DNA of 64,000 nt, taken from an uncultured Acidobacteriota bacterium (GTDB taxonomy: Bacteria; Acidobacteriota; UBA6911). The stretch is from the NCBI GenBank assembly GCA_964474425.1, contig CAYYTC010000002.1, forward strand, positions 39,859-103,858, given 5' to 3'. Made by a program: the position numbers and the translations under genes. A model generated the notes under the pieces. The model searched no databases. It saw nothing but the letters and a program-made list of their open reading frames with translations, and was not told the DNA's origin. This document shows, in pieces, positions 18,455 to 26,344 of the stretch. How positions within the stretch are numbered: position 1 is the stretch's first letter; the number at the start of each line of letters is the position of its first letter.

Positions 18455-20188
18455 ATGAATGCATCTGCGGATTTGAACACAAGAAGGATACTCAGCGAAG
18501 TCGCCTTGGGACAGATTGCGCCCGATACGGTTATCCGGAACGGCAGGTTATTCAATTCATTTACGGGAGAATTTATTGCGCGGCAATCCGTCTGGGTGAA
18601 GGATGGAAGGATCGCGTACGCGGGAATGGACAACGATCCACTCATTTCCGAAGAAACCCGGATCATCGACGCGGACGGCCAGGTGCTGCTGCCCGGCCTG
18701 ATTGAAGGCCACACACATATATTAAGCAGCCGCTACAGCATAGAAGAGTTCATCCGATATGCAATCCCCTGCGGCGTGACGACGGTAGTAACAGAAGCCT
18801 TGGAATACATGGTGATCGTCGGGAAAGACGGGCTGGACTACGTGCTGAGGGGTTTGAAGCATCAGCCGATCCGCATTTACTGCACAATTCCTCCCTTGTG
18901 CGGCCTTACGCCGTCGGAAGAAATTCACGCTCTGGCCGATGCCGATGCCCTGCCGTTCCTGGAGGACCCTTCCTGCCTGGGAGTCGGAGAAATCTATTGG
19001 AGCAATCTGCTGCTGGAGGGAGACCAGGGAGAGCGCTGCCGGAGACTCGCAGCGCTCGCGCTGGAAAAAGGCAAAACCGTTGAAGGACATACGGCGGGCG
19101 CCTCGGGAAGGAAGCTTCAGGCCTACACCTGTTTCGGCGTCTCCTCCTGCCATGAGCCCATCACCGAAGAAGATGTGCTGGAAAGACTGCGGCTCGGCTA
19201 TTGGGTTATGATTCGGGAAGGATATGTCAGAAAGGAGCTGGAGGGCGTTAAGGGAATTTTTAAGCGGGACATCGATTTCCGGAGGCTGTCGCTTGCAACC
19301 GACGGCGTCGATCCCTCGGGGTTTCTCGATAACGGATATCTGGATGCCGCCGTCCGAAGAGCGATGAGACTCGGGGCGCCGCCGCACGTCGCCTATCAGA
19401 TGGTAACACTGAATGCGGCGGAGCACTTTCGCCTCGACCCGCTGATCGGATCCCTTTCCCCCGGAAAGATGGCCGACATCGTGATCAGCCCCGCACCCGA
19501 TAACTTCGCGCCGCAGCTGGTGATGTGCAACGGAAGGGTTTTGTATGAAAACGGCAAAAGGCTGGCGGAACCCGAAAAGATCTTTTTTCCGGAGCACATG
19601 TACAATACGGTCCAGCTGGGGAAATATGGCCTGCCGCGCGTTCCGGAAAAGGGCAGGGTGAGGGCTATGGATCTCGTAACCAGGCTCGTGACCCGCGAAG
19701 AGATCGTAAACCTCGAGGATCCCCGGGAAGCCGGGTTTTTGAACCTGGTTTTTGCATTGGACCGCCTGGGAAGCGGAAAAGGATTTATGGGCTACCTGAA
19801 AGGTTTCGGCCTCAGGCAGGGCGCCTATGGAACAACCATGGCTTGGGACACGAGGGACATGATTCTGGTGGGGTGTGATTATGCCTCAATGCTCACGGTG
19901 ATCGAGCGGCTTAGGGAAATAGGGGGCGGCGGTGTTTTTGCCGAGGGAAAGGAAATTGTGGCCGAATTCCCTGCCCCCATCTGCGGCATATCGTCTCCGA
20001 AACCGATGACAACCATCCGGCAGGAAACGCAGAAACTGGATGACGTTCTGAGAGAGCATGGCGTCTCATGGCAAACACCCATCCTGACGGTCGACACCTT
20101 AGCGACCGGGGCCATCCCCCATTTCCGCATCAACCACAACGGTTATGTGAGATTGAAAGACAGGAAGGTATTGCCTGTCGCCCTCTAG
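18455..20188 (+). CDS. adenine-deaminase-like metal-dependent amidohydrolase
   Basis: The track ORF 18020-20188 was trimmed to ATG 18455 (MNASADLNTRRIL...). VIRNGRLFNSFTGEF...VWVKDGRIAYAG...DADGQVLLPGLIEGHTHI matches the family N-terminus. The 145 upstream codons are Arg/Pro/Cys-rich and not protein-like. The start site is uncertain. Confidence 0.8.
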   Translation: MNASADLNTRRILSEVALGQIAPDTVIRNGRLFNSFTGEFIARQSVWVKDGRIAYAGMDNDPLISEETRIIDADGQVLLPGLIEGHTHILSSRYSIEEFIRYAIPCGVTTVVTEALEYMVIVGKDGLDYVLRGLKHQPIRIYCTIPPLCGLTPSEEIHALADADALPFLEDPSCLGVGEIYWSNLLLEGDQGERCRRLAALALEKGKTVEGHTAGASGRKLQAYTCFGVSSCHEPITEEDVLERLRLGYWVMIREGYVRKELEGVKGIFKRDIDFRRLSLATDGVDPSGFLDNGYLDAAVRRAMRLGAPPHVAYQMVTLNAAEHFRLDPLIGSLSPGKMADIVISPAPDNFAPQLVMCNGRVLYENGKRLAEPEKIFFPEHMYNTVQLGKYGLPRVPEKGRVRAMDLVTRLVTREEIVNLEDPREAGFLNLVFALDRLGSGKGFMGYLKGFGLRQGAYGTTMAWDTRDMILVGCDYASMLTVIERLREIGGGGVFAEGKEIVAEFPAPICGISSPKPMTTIRQETQKLDDVLREHGVSWQTPILTVDTLATGAIPHFRINHNGYVRLKDRKVLPVAL

Positions 20189-20277
20189 CCGGCAGCCCGG
20201 CATCTTTGGCGAATGGGCGCCGGCCCCGCATGCTATTCATAATATTCCTATCGTGCAGCAACTGGGCTGTGGCAGAT

Positions 20278-20520
20278 CCGGAGGCTTTGTGCGTGCTGGC
20301 CTGTCAAAGGGGCTCTATCCAAACCGATAAAAATAAAAGTGGTTTCATGGGTCATCGATCTCTTCCAGGCTTTTTAAAACCGCAGAATGTCGAATAAAGA
20401 ATGTTGGATTTTGAAGTCCTTCTGCGGTTCGATATTCGACATTCGATATTCGGGAAGGGCATGCTTCAGTATTTGTCAAACTGAGGCTCTCTCACCGGCA
20501 GAGCCGGCGGATCTCCCGTT
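20278..20520 (+). repeat. interspersed repeat family, copy 1 (boundaries approximate)
   Basis: Shares blocks with copies at about 38590-38860 and 52346-52590: CCGGAGGCT (20278-20286), AACCGCAGAA (20378-20387) paired with TTCTGCGGTT (20420-20429), a heptamer run ttcgatattcgacattcgatattcg, GCATGCTTC, and CCGGCAGAGCCGG (20495-). Confidence 0.75.
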
Positions 20521-20613
20521 GGAGGGTCCTATTCCAAAGCATATTCCGGCCCGGGTTTTTTGCTGCGACAGCTCCTCGCATGGCCCTGATTCGCGGTCCA
20601 GGGCCGTGGCGCT

Positions 20614-21726
20614 TCAAAACCCGAGGTCGTGGCCGGTTATGTTGAGCTCGGTACGGAGAGTGCGCAGAGCTCTTTGAAGGTTGGGCCCGACTTTCACACC
20701 GTCCCGCATCACCTGCAGCTCGTTGTAATAGGCCTTTTCCCCTGCAGTATAAATTTTCATTTCGACGGAGCCTTTGCCATACCGGCGCAGCTCGCGCAGA
20801 ATGTTCCCGGCTGTTTTGCGGAAACGCTCCAAAGGGACGAACTTTTCAATATTGATTGCCATGAAGAAATGCCCGATGCGCGAGGGATGCGGATTTCCGG
20901 CAGTATCCCTGTCATACAGCTCGGAAAGAAACGCACCGTCCTGGAGAGCCGCGCAAAGAATCTCGACCACCGTCGCAAGACCGTAACCTTTATGACCTCC
21001 CATCAGCTCCCCGATGCCGCCGAGCGGCAGCAGAGCGGCCTTGCCCTTGTTCATTTGCTCGATCAGCTGATCGCTATCGGTCGCCAGCGTTCCGTCCGGT
21101 TTGATGACCCATCCTTCCGGGATAGGATTGCCGGTGCGCTCCGCAATTTCGATTTTGCCCCGCGGAGCAATGGAAGTGGCGGCATCGAACGTGAAGGGGA
21201 ACTCCTCGTCGGTTGGAGCACTGAATGCGATCGGGTTCGTGCCCAGCAGCGGCTTCACTCCAAATGTCGGCGCGATGGACGGGTGCGAGTTCGTGAAGCT
21301 CATCCCGACCATCCCTTCGCCGGCAGCCATCCGTGTGTAATAGCCGGCAATTCCGAAATGGCTCGAGTTGCGAACGGCGACGGCTCCCAGTCCGTTGGTG
21401 CGGGCCTTGTCTATCGCAATCTTCATCGCATGGTAACCCACCACCATCCCCATGCCGTTGCCCCCGTCCATCACGGCGGTTGTTGGAGACTCCTGCACGA
21501 GGGTCCAGCAAGTGGCGGATTGCTGCAATCCTGTCTTGATACGCTGATAATACATCTTGAGATGGGCGAGGCCGTGGGACCGCACTCCGTAAATGTCGGC
21601 TGCGAGAATCACATCCGCAGCGATTTCCGCATCCGCGCGCGGCACCCCCATTTTGAGAAGCGCATCGACCGCAAAGTCGGTCAGCTGTTTCACCGGCACA
21701 TACACGCTGGCATCTGCCATAGTCAT
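20614..21726 (-). CDS. Ldh_2-family (malate/L-lactate/sulfolactate dehydrogenase type 2) oxidoreductase
   Basis: 370 aa containing ADVILAADIYGVRSHGLAHLKMY, RNSSHFGIAGYY and LGGHKGYGLA. Confidence 0.9.
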   Translation of the reverse strand: MTMADASVYVPVKQLTDFAVDALLKMGVPRADAEIAADVILAADIYGVRSHGLAHLKMYYQRIKTGLQQSATCWTLVQESPTTAVMDGGNGMGMVVGYHAMKIAIDKARTNGLGAVAVRNSSHFGIAGYYTRMAAGEGMVGMSFTNSHPSIAPTFGVKPLLGTNPIAFSAPTDEEFPFTFDAATSIAPRGKIEIAERTGNPIPEGWVIKPDGTLATDSDQLIEQMNKGKAALLPLGGIGELMGGHKGYGLATVVEILCAALQDGAFLSELYDRDTAGNPHPSRIGHFFMAINIEKFVPLERFRKTAGNILRELRRYGKGSVEMKIYTAGEKAYYNELQVMRDGVKVGPNLQRALRTLRTELNITGHDLGF

Positions 21727-21975
21727 CTCTCCGTGGATTGAATCTTTCTGCAGTCCTGATCTTTTAACATCTTGCCCGGGTTCAGGATGTTCATCGGATC
21801 CAGCACCGTGTGGAGCGCGCCGTCCTTTTCTGCGGCCCGCACAAGATCTTCAAGGATGCTCCTTCCCATTCGCACCCCCGTAAGCCTCATCCAGCAAAGT
21901 CACCGGATTTTCCCCCGGCAAATACGGCATCCCGGCAAACAACGTCTTGCGTCTTACTCCCGGTATCCGGCGCCT
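21723..21975 (-). pseudogene. frameshifted C-terminal relic of an FAD-linked oxidase (GlcD-like) gene
   Basis: The minus strand reads ...FAGMPYLPGENPVTLLDEAYG, then after a +1 shift VRMGRSILEDLVRAAEKDGALHTVLDPMNILNPGKMLKDQD...TER*. DP.nILNPGK is the characteristic C-terminal signature of FAD-linked oxidases. The stop overlaps the downstream Ldh_2 start (ATGA). Upstream of about 21975 the sequence is AT-rich promoter-like DNA. Confidence 0.45.
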
Positions 21976-22004
21976 GAAAGTGAGTGCCCTAATCCATAGG
22001 ATTG

Positions 22005-22040
22005 GTTTCGCATAACGAAACTCTGTTTCGTAGAGTAGAA
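22005..22040. promoter_or_regulatory. tandem 15-bp dyads TTTCGCATAACGAAA (22006-22020) and TTTCGTAGAGTAGAA (22026-22040), operator-like
   Basis: TTYC-N7-RGAA dyads spaced 20 bp start-to-start. The same pair with the same spacing occurs at 24713-24747. Confidence 0.55.
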
Positions 22041-22159
22041 TAGCGTGTTTTGTCAGAGTTGTCAATCCGGACCCCTGCGAAAATTCTCCGCAATTGCTTG
22101 AATATTGCGATTTGATTGAAATAGAATAGGGATGCGTAAAGGCAATTTTTGAAACTCAT

Positions 22160-22174
22160 TTCCATAGATTGGAA
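22160..22174. promoter_or_regulatory. 15-bp dyad TTCCATAGATTGGAA, operator-like
   Basis: Same TTCC-N7-GGAA architecture as 24953-24967 (TTCCGCATAATGGAA). It lies 85 nt upstream of ATG 22259. Confidence 0.5.
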
Positions 22175-22258
22175 CCGACGAGAAATCGGTGCATTTGGAG
22201 TTCTTTTCGCGAAGCCATTAGAAGGTTCCGGAGAGCCTGACTGGAACGAAGGAGGAGT

Positions 22259-23341
22259 ATGAGCAGAGGCCTTGTCAAGTACGAAGAGCTGTTGTCCTAC
22301 ACCAAGAGGATCCTGAAAAAGCTGGGATATCCCGATAAGCAGGCGGACGTTACTGCGTGGATTCTTGCGGAGGCGGATGCGCGCGGCGTTAATTCCCACG
22401 GAGTCGGGCGGCTGGAATTCTATGACTCCAATATCAAGAGCGGTTTCAACTTCCCGGAGGCGGAACCTGAGATCGTCCACGAAACGCCTCTGTCTCTAGT
22501 CGTCGATGGACACAATGGCGTCGGCTCATATATCGCTCAATTCACCATGAAGCGTGTCATCGAAAAAGCGAAGAAATCGGGAGCCGGTTTCGGCGCGGTC
22601 CGCAACTCCAACCATTTCGGAATGGCGGCGCTCTGGGCGGAAATGGCCCTGGCGGAAGGTTTCATAGGAATGTCTTTCTGCAACACGCGCATCTGCTCCA
22701 TTGTCACCAATGGGAAGGACCGCATTCTGGGCACGAATCCTTTATGCTTCGCTTTCCCATCCTCGGGCAAGGTCCCCTTCGTACTGGATATGGCAACGAC
22801 CACGGTCGCGCATGGAAAGATCGAGGTCTATGAGCGCCTCAATAAAGCCATGCCGCTCGGCTGGGTGGTCGACGAGAACGGGCTGGACACCACGGATGTG
22901 CATGCCTTCCAGAAAATTTATCGCGAGAAGAAAACCGGCGGGCACCTGTTCCTGGGCGGCGCGGGCGAAGAGCTCGGCGGGCACAAGGGCTACGGGCTCG
23001 GCCTGTTCGTGGATATCCTGTGCGCGGGAATGTCGATGGGAGCCTGGAGCCGCGACACTTTCATTAAAAACGGCGGCGCCAGAGTCGCGCACTTCTTCGG
23101 GGCCATGCGCACCGATCTTTTCGGGAAATCTTCCGAAATCGAGGCCCATGTGGAATCGATCCTGCAGGGAGTGCGTGAAAGCGCCAAAGCGGAAGGCCAC
23201 GACAGGATTTATATCCACGGGGAAAAAGAGATCGAGAGGCGGGCAAAGTCCATGAAGGAAGGAGTCCTCTTGGACGACGGCGAATGGAAGATGCTCGACG
23301 AATTTGCCGAAAGGTTCGGCCTCGAGAAGCTGCGCCCCTAG
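22259..23341 (+). CDS. Ldh_2-family oxidoreductase (second paralogue)
   Basis: 360 aa with GAAGGAGGAG before the ATG. Contains AEADARGVNSHGVGRLEFY, RNSNHFGMAALW and LGGHKGYGLG. Confidence 0.9.
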   Translation: MSRGLVKYEELLSYTKRILKKLGYPDKQADVTAWILAEADARGVNSHGVGRLEFYDSNIKSGFNFPEAEPEIVHETPLSLVVDGHNGVGSYIAQFTMKRVIEKAKKSGAGFGAVRNSNHFGMAALWAEMALAEGFIGMSFCNTRICSIVTNGKDRILGTNPLCFAFPSSGKVPFVLDMATTTVAHGKIEVYERLNKAMPLGWVVDENGLDTTDVHAFQKIYREKKTGGHLFLGGAGEELGGHKGYGLGLFVDILCAGMSMGAWSRDTFIKNGGARVAHFFGAMRTDLFGKSSEIEAHVESILQGVRESAKAEGHDRIYIHGEKEIERRAKSMKEGVLLDDGEWKMLDEFAERFGLEKLRP

Positions 23342-23366
23342 CGATACCGGCGTTTTGGATCCTCCA

Positions 23367-23399
23367 GGGTTGAACGTTCGAATGTTGAACGTTCAACCC
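23367..23399. terminator. perfect 13-bp palindromic hairpin between convergent genes
   Basis: GGGTTGAACGTTC-gaatgtt-GAACGTTCAACCC lies between stop 23341 (+) and stop 23402 (-). There is no clear U-tract. It is built from the same GAACGTTC unit as the array at 24798-24849. Confidence 0.55.
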
Positions 23400-23401
23400 G
23401 A

Positions 23402-24388
23402 TTATCCCCAGTTCCGCGCGTCCAGTATTGCCTTCACGATTCCGTCTTCATGACGCTCGTACATCTCAAAGGCTTTTGCCGCATCCCGGATGGGCAGCCG
23501 GTGAGTCACAAGCCTCGACAGCTCTTCCCTGTTTTTAAGGAAAAGGTCGCGCGCTTTTTCAAGATAGATGTTCCAGTCCGGCGTGACGGCCGCGATGAGC
23601 TGCGCGTTTTTGCGGAAAAACACTTCATATTCCAGGGCATACACATCCTGATCGGGGACTCCGAAAGCGACCACGGTGCCGTATTTTCCCACCAGCGCGA
23701 GGCAGTCATTGACCGTCTCCATTTGATGGCCTGCGGCCTCGATGCATAGGTCCGGGGAGATCCACTGGTCGGGGTTCAACCGCGCCTCGTGGACCATTTC
23801 AATTCCGCGCCGGCAGAGCGTCTGCGCTGCGCCCAGCGATTCGGCCATATGGCAGCGTGCCGGCACAGGATCGACGCCGACGATGGGGCCGGCGCCCGCC
23901 CGCCTCAGCAGCCAGCAGAACAACAATCCTATGGAACCTAGTCCGAGCACCGCGACCGCTTTTCCCCGCAGGTCCCCGAGGCGGTCCACGGCATTCATGA
24001 CCGTCGAGAGCGGCTGCAGGATACAGGCCGCACCCGCGTCCCCGATATCGGCGCCGAGTGCCGTGGCCTTGGAGACGCGTGCCAGAAAATATTCCGCCAG
24101 TCCCTGGTCTCCGTCCGGTATGGCAAGGACCCTGTCCCCGGCATGAAACAGGTCGGACGCGCTTTCCACAACTTCTCCGACGCATTCATGGATCGGGGCT
24201 CCGGGAGCCAGAGGATAAGATTTGAAGCGTTTGCCGCCGGTGAAAAACGGAATATCGCTGCCGCACATCGATACGAAGGCAGTACGCACCAGTATGCGGT
24301 CGTTCGCGCCGGACGGCAGCTGAGGGATTGGGGCTTCAATCAGGTCAAAGGACCGGGGCCGCGGAACCTGCAGTGCTTTCATTGGCAT
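23402..24388 (-). CDS. zinc-type alcohol dehydrogenase / medium-chain reductase family protein
   Basis: The track ORF was trimmed to MPMKALQVPRP... (GGGAGGA before the ATG). Contains CGSDIPFF, PIHECVGEVV and a Rossmann GLGSIGLL. Confidence 0.85.
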   Translation of the reverse strand: MPMKALQVPRPRSFDLIEAPIPQLPSGANDRILVRTAFVSMCGSDIPFFTGGKRFKSYPLAPGAPIHECVGEVVESASDLFHAGDRVLAIPDGDQGLAEYFLARVSKATALGADIGDAGAACILQPLSTVMNAVDRLGDLRGKAVAVLGLGSIGLLFCWLLRRAGAGPIVGVDPVPARCHMAESLGAAQTLCRRGIEMVHEARLNPDQWISPDLCIEAAGHQMETVNDCLALVGKYGTVVAFGVPDQDVYALEYEVFFRKNAQLIAAVTPDWNIYLEKARDLFLKNREELSRLVTHRLPIRDAAKAFEMYERHEDGIVKAILDARNWG

Positions 24389-24712
24389 GGCTATCCTCCC
24401 TGTACGGCAGGCGGCGTCCAAAGCGCGCGCGGCGCGAGCAACCGGTTTGGGCAGGACCGCGTAATGTCTGTGAAAACGATGCGGGCACGCATGCCGGGAC
24501 GAGCCGTCTCGCAAAGAGGCGGCGTACCGAGCGGATGCACCAGGGCAGCCGCCGCTGTTTCACCTTCAATAGGACCGAATGGCATCGAAACTATCGGAGA
24601 AACCCTCATTGCAGGCGGCAGCGAGTATTGAATTGTCCCCTTCCCATACGGCACCGTATACATTCTTATTGCCCCTTATTCATTATATATTCCAATGCAC
24701 TGGGCGCTAAAG

Positions 24713-24747
24713 TTTCATATAACGAAATCTGGTTCCGTAGTGCAGAA
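24713..24747. promoter_or_regulatory. tandem 15-bp dyads TTTCATATAACGAAA (24713-24727) and TTCCGTAGTGCAGAA (24733-24747), operator-like
   Basis: Paralogous to 22006-22040, with identical 20-bp spacing and conserved flanks (gtttc.yataacgaaa.ct.gtt.cgtag.g.agaata). Confidence 0.55.
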
Positions 24748-24797
24748 TAAATCGCCCTTCCCATTTTGTCAACCTCCCGCAGCCTTCCCCACCTCAG

Positions 24798-24849
24798 GAA
24801 CGTTCACACGTTCACACGTTCAAACGTTCAAACGTTCAGACGTTCAACG
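24798..24849. repeat. tandem array of six 8-bp units (ACGTTC + 2 nt)
   Basis: gaACGTTCacACGTTCacACGTTCaaACGTTCaaACGTTCagACGTTCaacgc, with ACGTTC at 24800, 24808, 24816, 24824, 24832 and 24840. Confidence 0.9.
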
Positions 24850-24952
24850 CTTTTTTCATGCGCCCGGCTATCGCGTCTCAGAAACCAATTCCAATACACG
24901 AAAATGATTGACATAGAATGGAATCCAACTTATCATAAAACACGAAACACGA

Positions 24953-24967
24953 TTCCGCATAATGGAA
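24953..24967. promoter_or_regulatory. 15-bp dyad TTCCGCATAATGGAA, operator-like, 19 nt upstream of the cupin start codon
   Basis: Same architecture as 22160-22174. It abuts the SD (GGAGGG) of CDS 24986. Confidence 0.5.
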
Positions 24968-24985
24968 CAAATTGGAGGGTTTCTG

Positions 24986-25348
24986 ATGAGCAAAGTGCCA
25001 TTTGTCAGGGCAGCTGATGTGGAAGGCGAGTTTCGGACTCCGCCTCGGACATCAAAACTTTTGCTGGCTCCCAAGTTTGGTGGAGTCACCAACGTATCGA
25101 TGGGCATGAACATCACTGAGGTCGGAAGCATGATCCCCGACCATGCCCACGACAAATCCGAAGAGGTTTTATTTTTGATCAGCGGGCGTGCGCGGATTGT
25201 TATCGAGGGAGAGGGTTCCTGGGAAATCGGCCCGGAGACCGCCTTCTACTCGCCGCTCGGAAAGAAACACAGGGTGGAAAACATCGGCGACGAGCCGCTC
25301 AGGATCGTTTGGTGTTACTGCCCCCCATTGCCGTCTCATTGCAGCTAA
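24986..25348 (+). CDS. cupin-domain protein
   Basis: Start moved to ATG 24986 (GGAGGG 6 nt upstream). Cupin motifs are present: GSMIPDHAHDKSEEVLFLISG and the conserved His in GKKHRVENIG. Confidence 0.8.
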   Translation: MSKVPFVRAADVEGEFRTPPRTSKLLLAPKFGGVTNVSMGMNITEVGSMIPDHAHDKSEEVLFLISGRARIVIEGEGSWEIGPETAFYSPLGKKHRVENIGDEPLRIVWCYCPPLPSHCS

Positions 25349-25378
25349 TTTCCATAATTTTCCAAGGAGATGTTTGTC

Positions 25379-26296
25379 ATGATTTTCGAATCAACACGCA
25401 AGGCTATGAAAAAGCTTGGGCTTCCGGAAGGCGACGCCTTCGACATGCCCACTTCAACAAAAAGGTTCCCTGACGGTGCGGCCTTCCGCATTGAATGCCC
25501 GACGGTCAATTCTGCGGAAACTGTTGCCGCCCTTCTGGATACCGCCACGAAGACCGGCGTCACGATCAACCGCATCACCGAGACCTTCGGCATGTTCCGC
25601 CACACAGCAACCGAGATAAAACAATACTGCAAGCTCTGCAACGAGTACGGCTGCGAGCTTTTGCTATCCACCGGCCCCCGTGCGACCTATGATACGGGTG
25701 CAACGGTTCTGTCTCCGCAGGGTGTCCGAGTCAGCTATCGCCTCCGCGGGATGGAACAGCTCCTGCGCGCCATCGAAGACATCAAGCGCGGCTACGAACT
25801 CGGCTGCCGTGGTTTCCTGATTTACGACGAAGGCATGCTGTGGGTGGTCAACGAAATGCGCAAGAACGGCGACCTTCCGAAAGATATCGTATTCAAGGTC
25901 TCCGCTCATCTGGGCCACTGCAACCCGGCTTCCATCAAGCTTCTGGCGGATCTCGGCGCCGACAGCATCAATCCGATCCGCGACCTGCAGATCCCGATGC
26001 ACGCAGCGTTGCGCCAGACGATCGACACTCCGCTCGACGTCCACACCGACAATCCTCCGGGATCCGGCGGGTTCATCCGCGTGTACGAAGCTCCCGAAAT
26101 CGTTCGTGTGGCTGCTCCCGTACACTGCAAGACCGGCAATTCCGTCATCGGCGGCCACGGGGAAATGACCGGCGCCACCGAGGGAAAGAGAATGGCGGAA
26201 CAGGCAACCATCGTTGTCGAGATGATCAACCGATTCGCTCCGGAACTGAAGCAGTCCGGCAAGCGGACCAAAGACATGCATATTCCTGTTGTGTAA
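25379..26296 (+). CDS. conserved-looking hypothetical protein (about 305 aa), family not recognised
   Basis: AAGGAG lies 9 nt before ATG 25379. Composition is coding-like throughout, and alternating beta/alpha-like segments suggest a barrel enzyme. It lies between the cupin and creatininase genes with 30- and 48-nt gaps. Confidence 0.7.
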   Translation: MIFESTRKAMKKLGLPEGDAFDMPTSTKRFPDGAAFRIECPTVNSAETVAALLDTATKTGVTINRITETFGMFRHTATEIKQYCKLCNEYGCELLLSTGPRATYDTGATVLSPQGVRVSYRLRGMEQLLRAIEDIKRGYELGCRGFLIYDEGMLWVVNEMRKNGDLPKDIVFKVSAHLGHCNPASIKLLADLGADSINPIRDLQIPMHAALRQTIDTPLDVHTDNPPGSGGFIRVYEAPEIVRVAAPVHCKTGNSVIGGHGEMTGATEGKRMAEQATIVVEMINRFAPELKQSGKRTKDMHIPVV

Positions 26297-26344
26297 ACCT
26301 ACACCTTGTTCCGCGGACGTCTGTTCCGCAGATTAGGAGGAGTC

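Noticed and set aside
20387-20677. 96-aa ORF (MSNKECWILKSFCGSIFDIRYSG...) and its look-alike at 52468-52698 (MSNFEALFCSTFDIRYWIL...)
   Set aside because: Their similarity comes from the shared DNA repeat. The frames differ in the third copy, the downstream parts are unrelated, and neither has an SD. They are treated as part of the non-coding repeat family.
24798-24849. The 8-bp and 7-bp tandem arrays as a miniature CRISPR or as coding repeats
   Set aside because: The units are contiguous with no spacers, far shorter than CRISPR repeats, and lie in intergenic DNA. Track ORFs crossing them (for example 24695-24907 and 24766-25017) have no SD and give repetitive nonsense translations.
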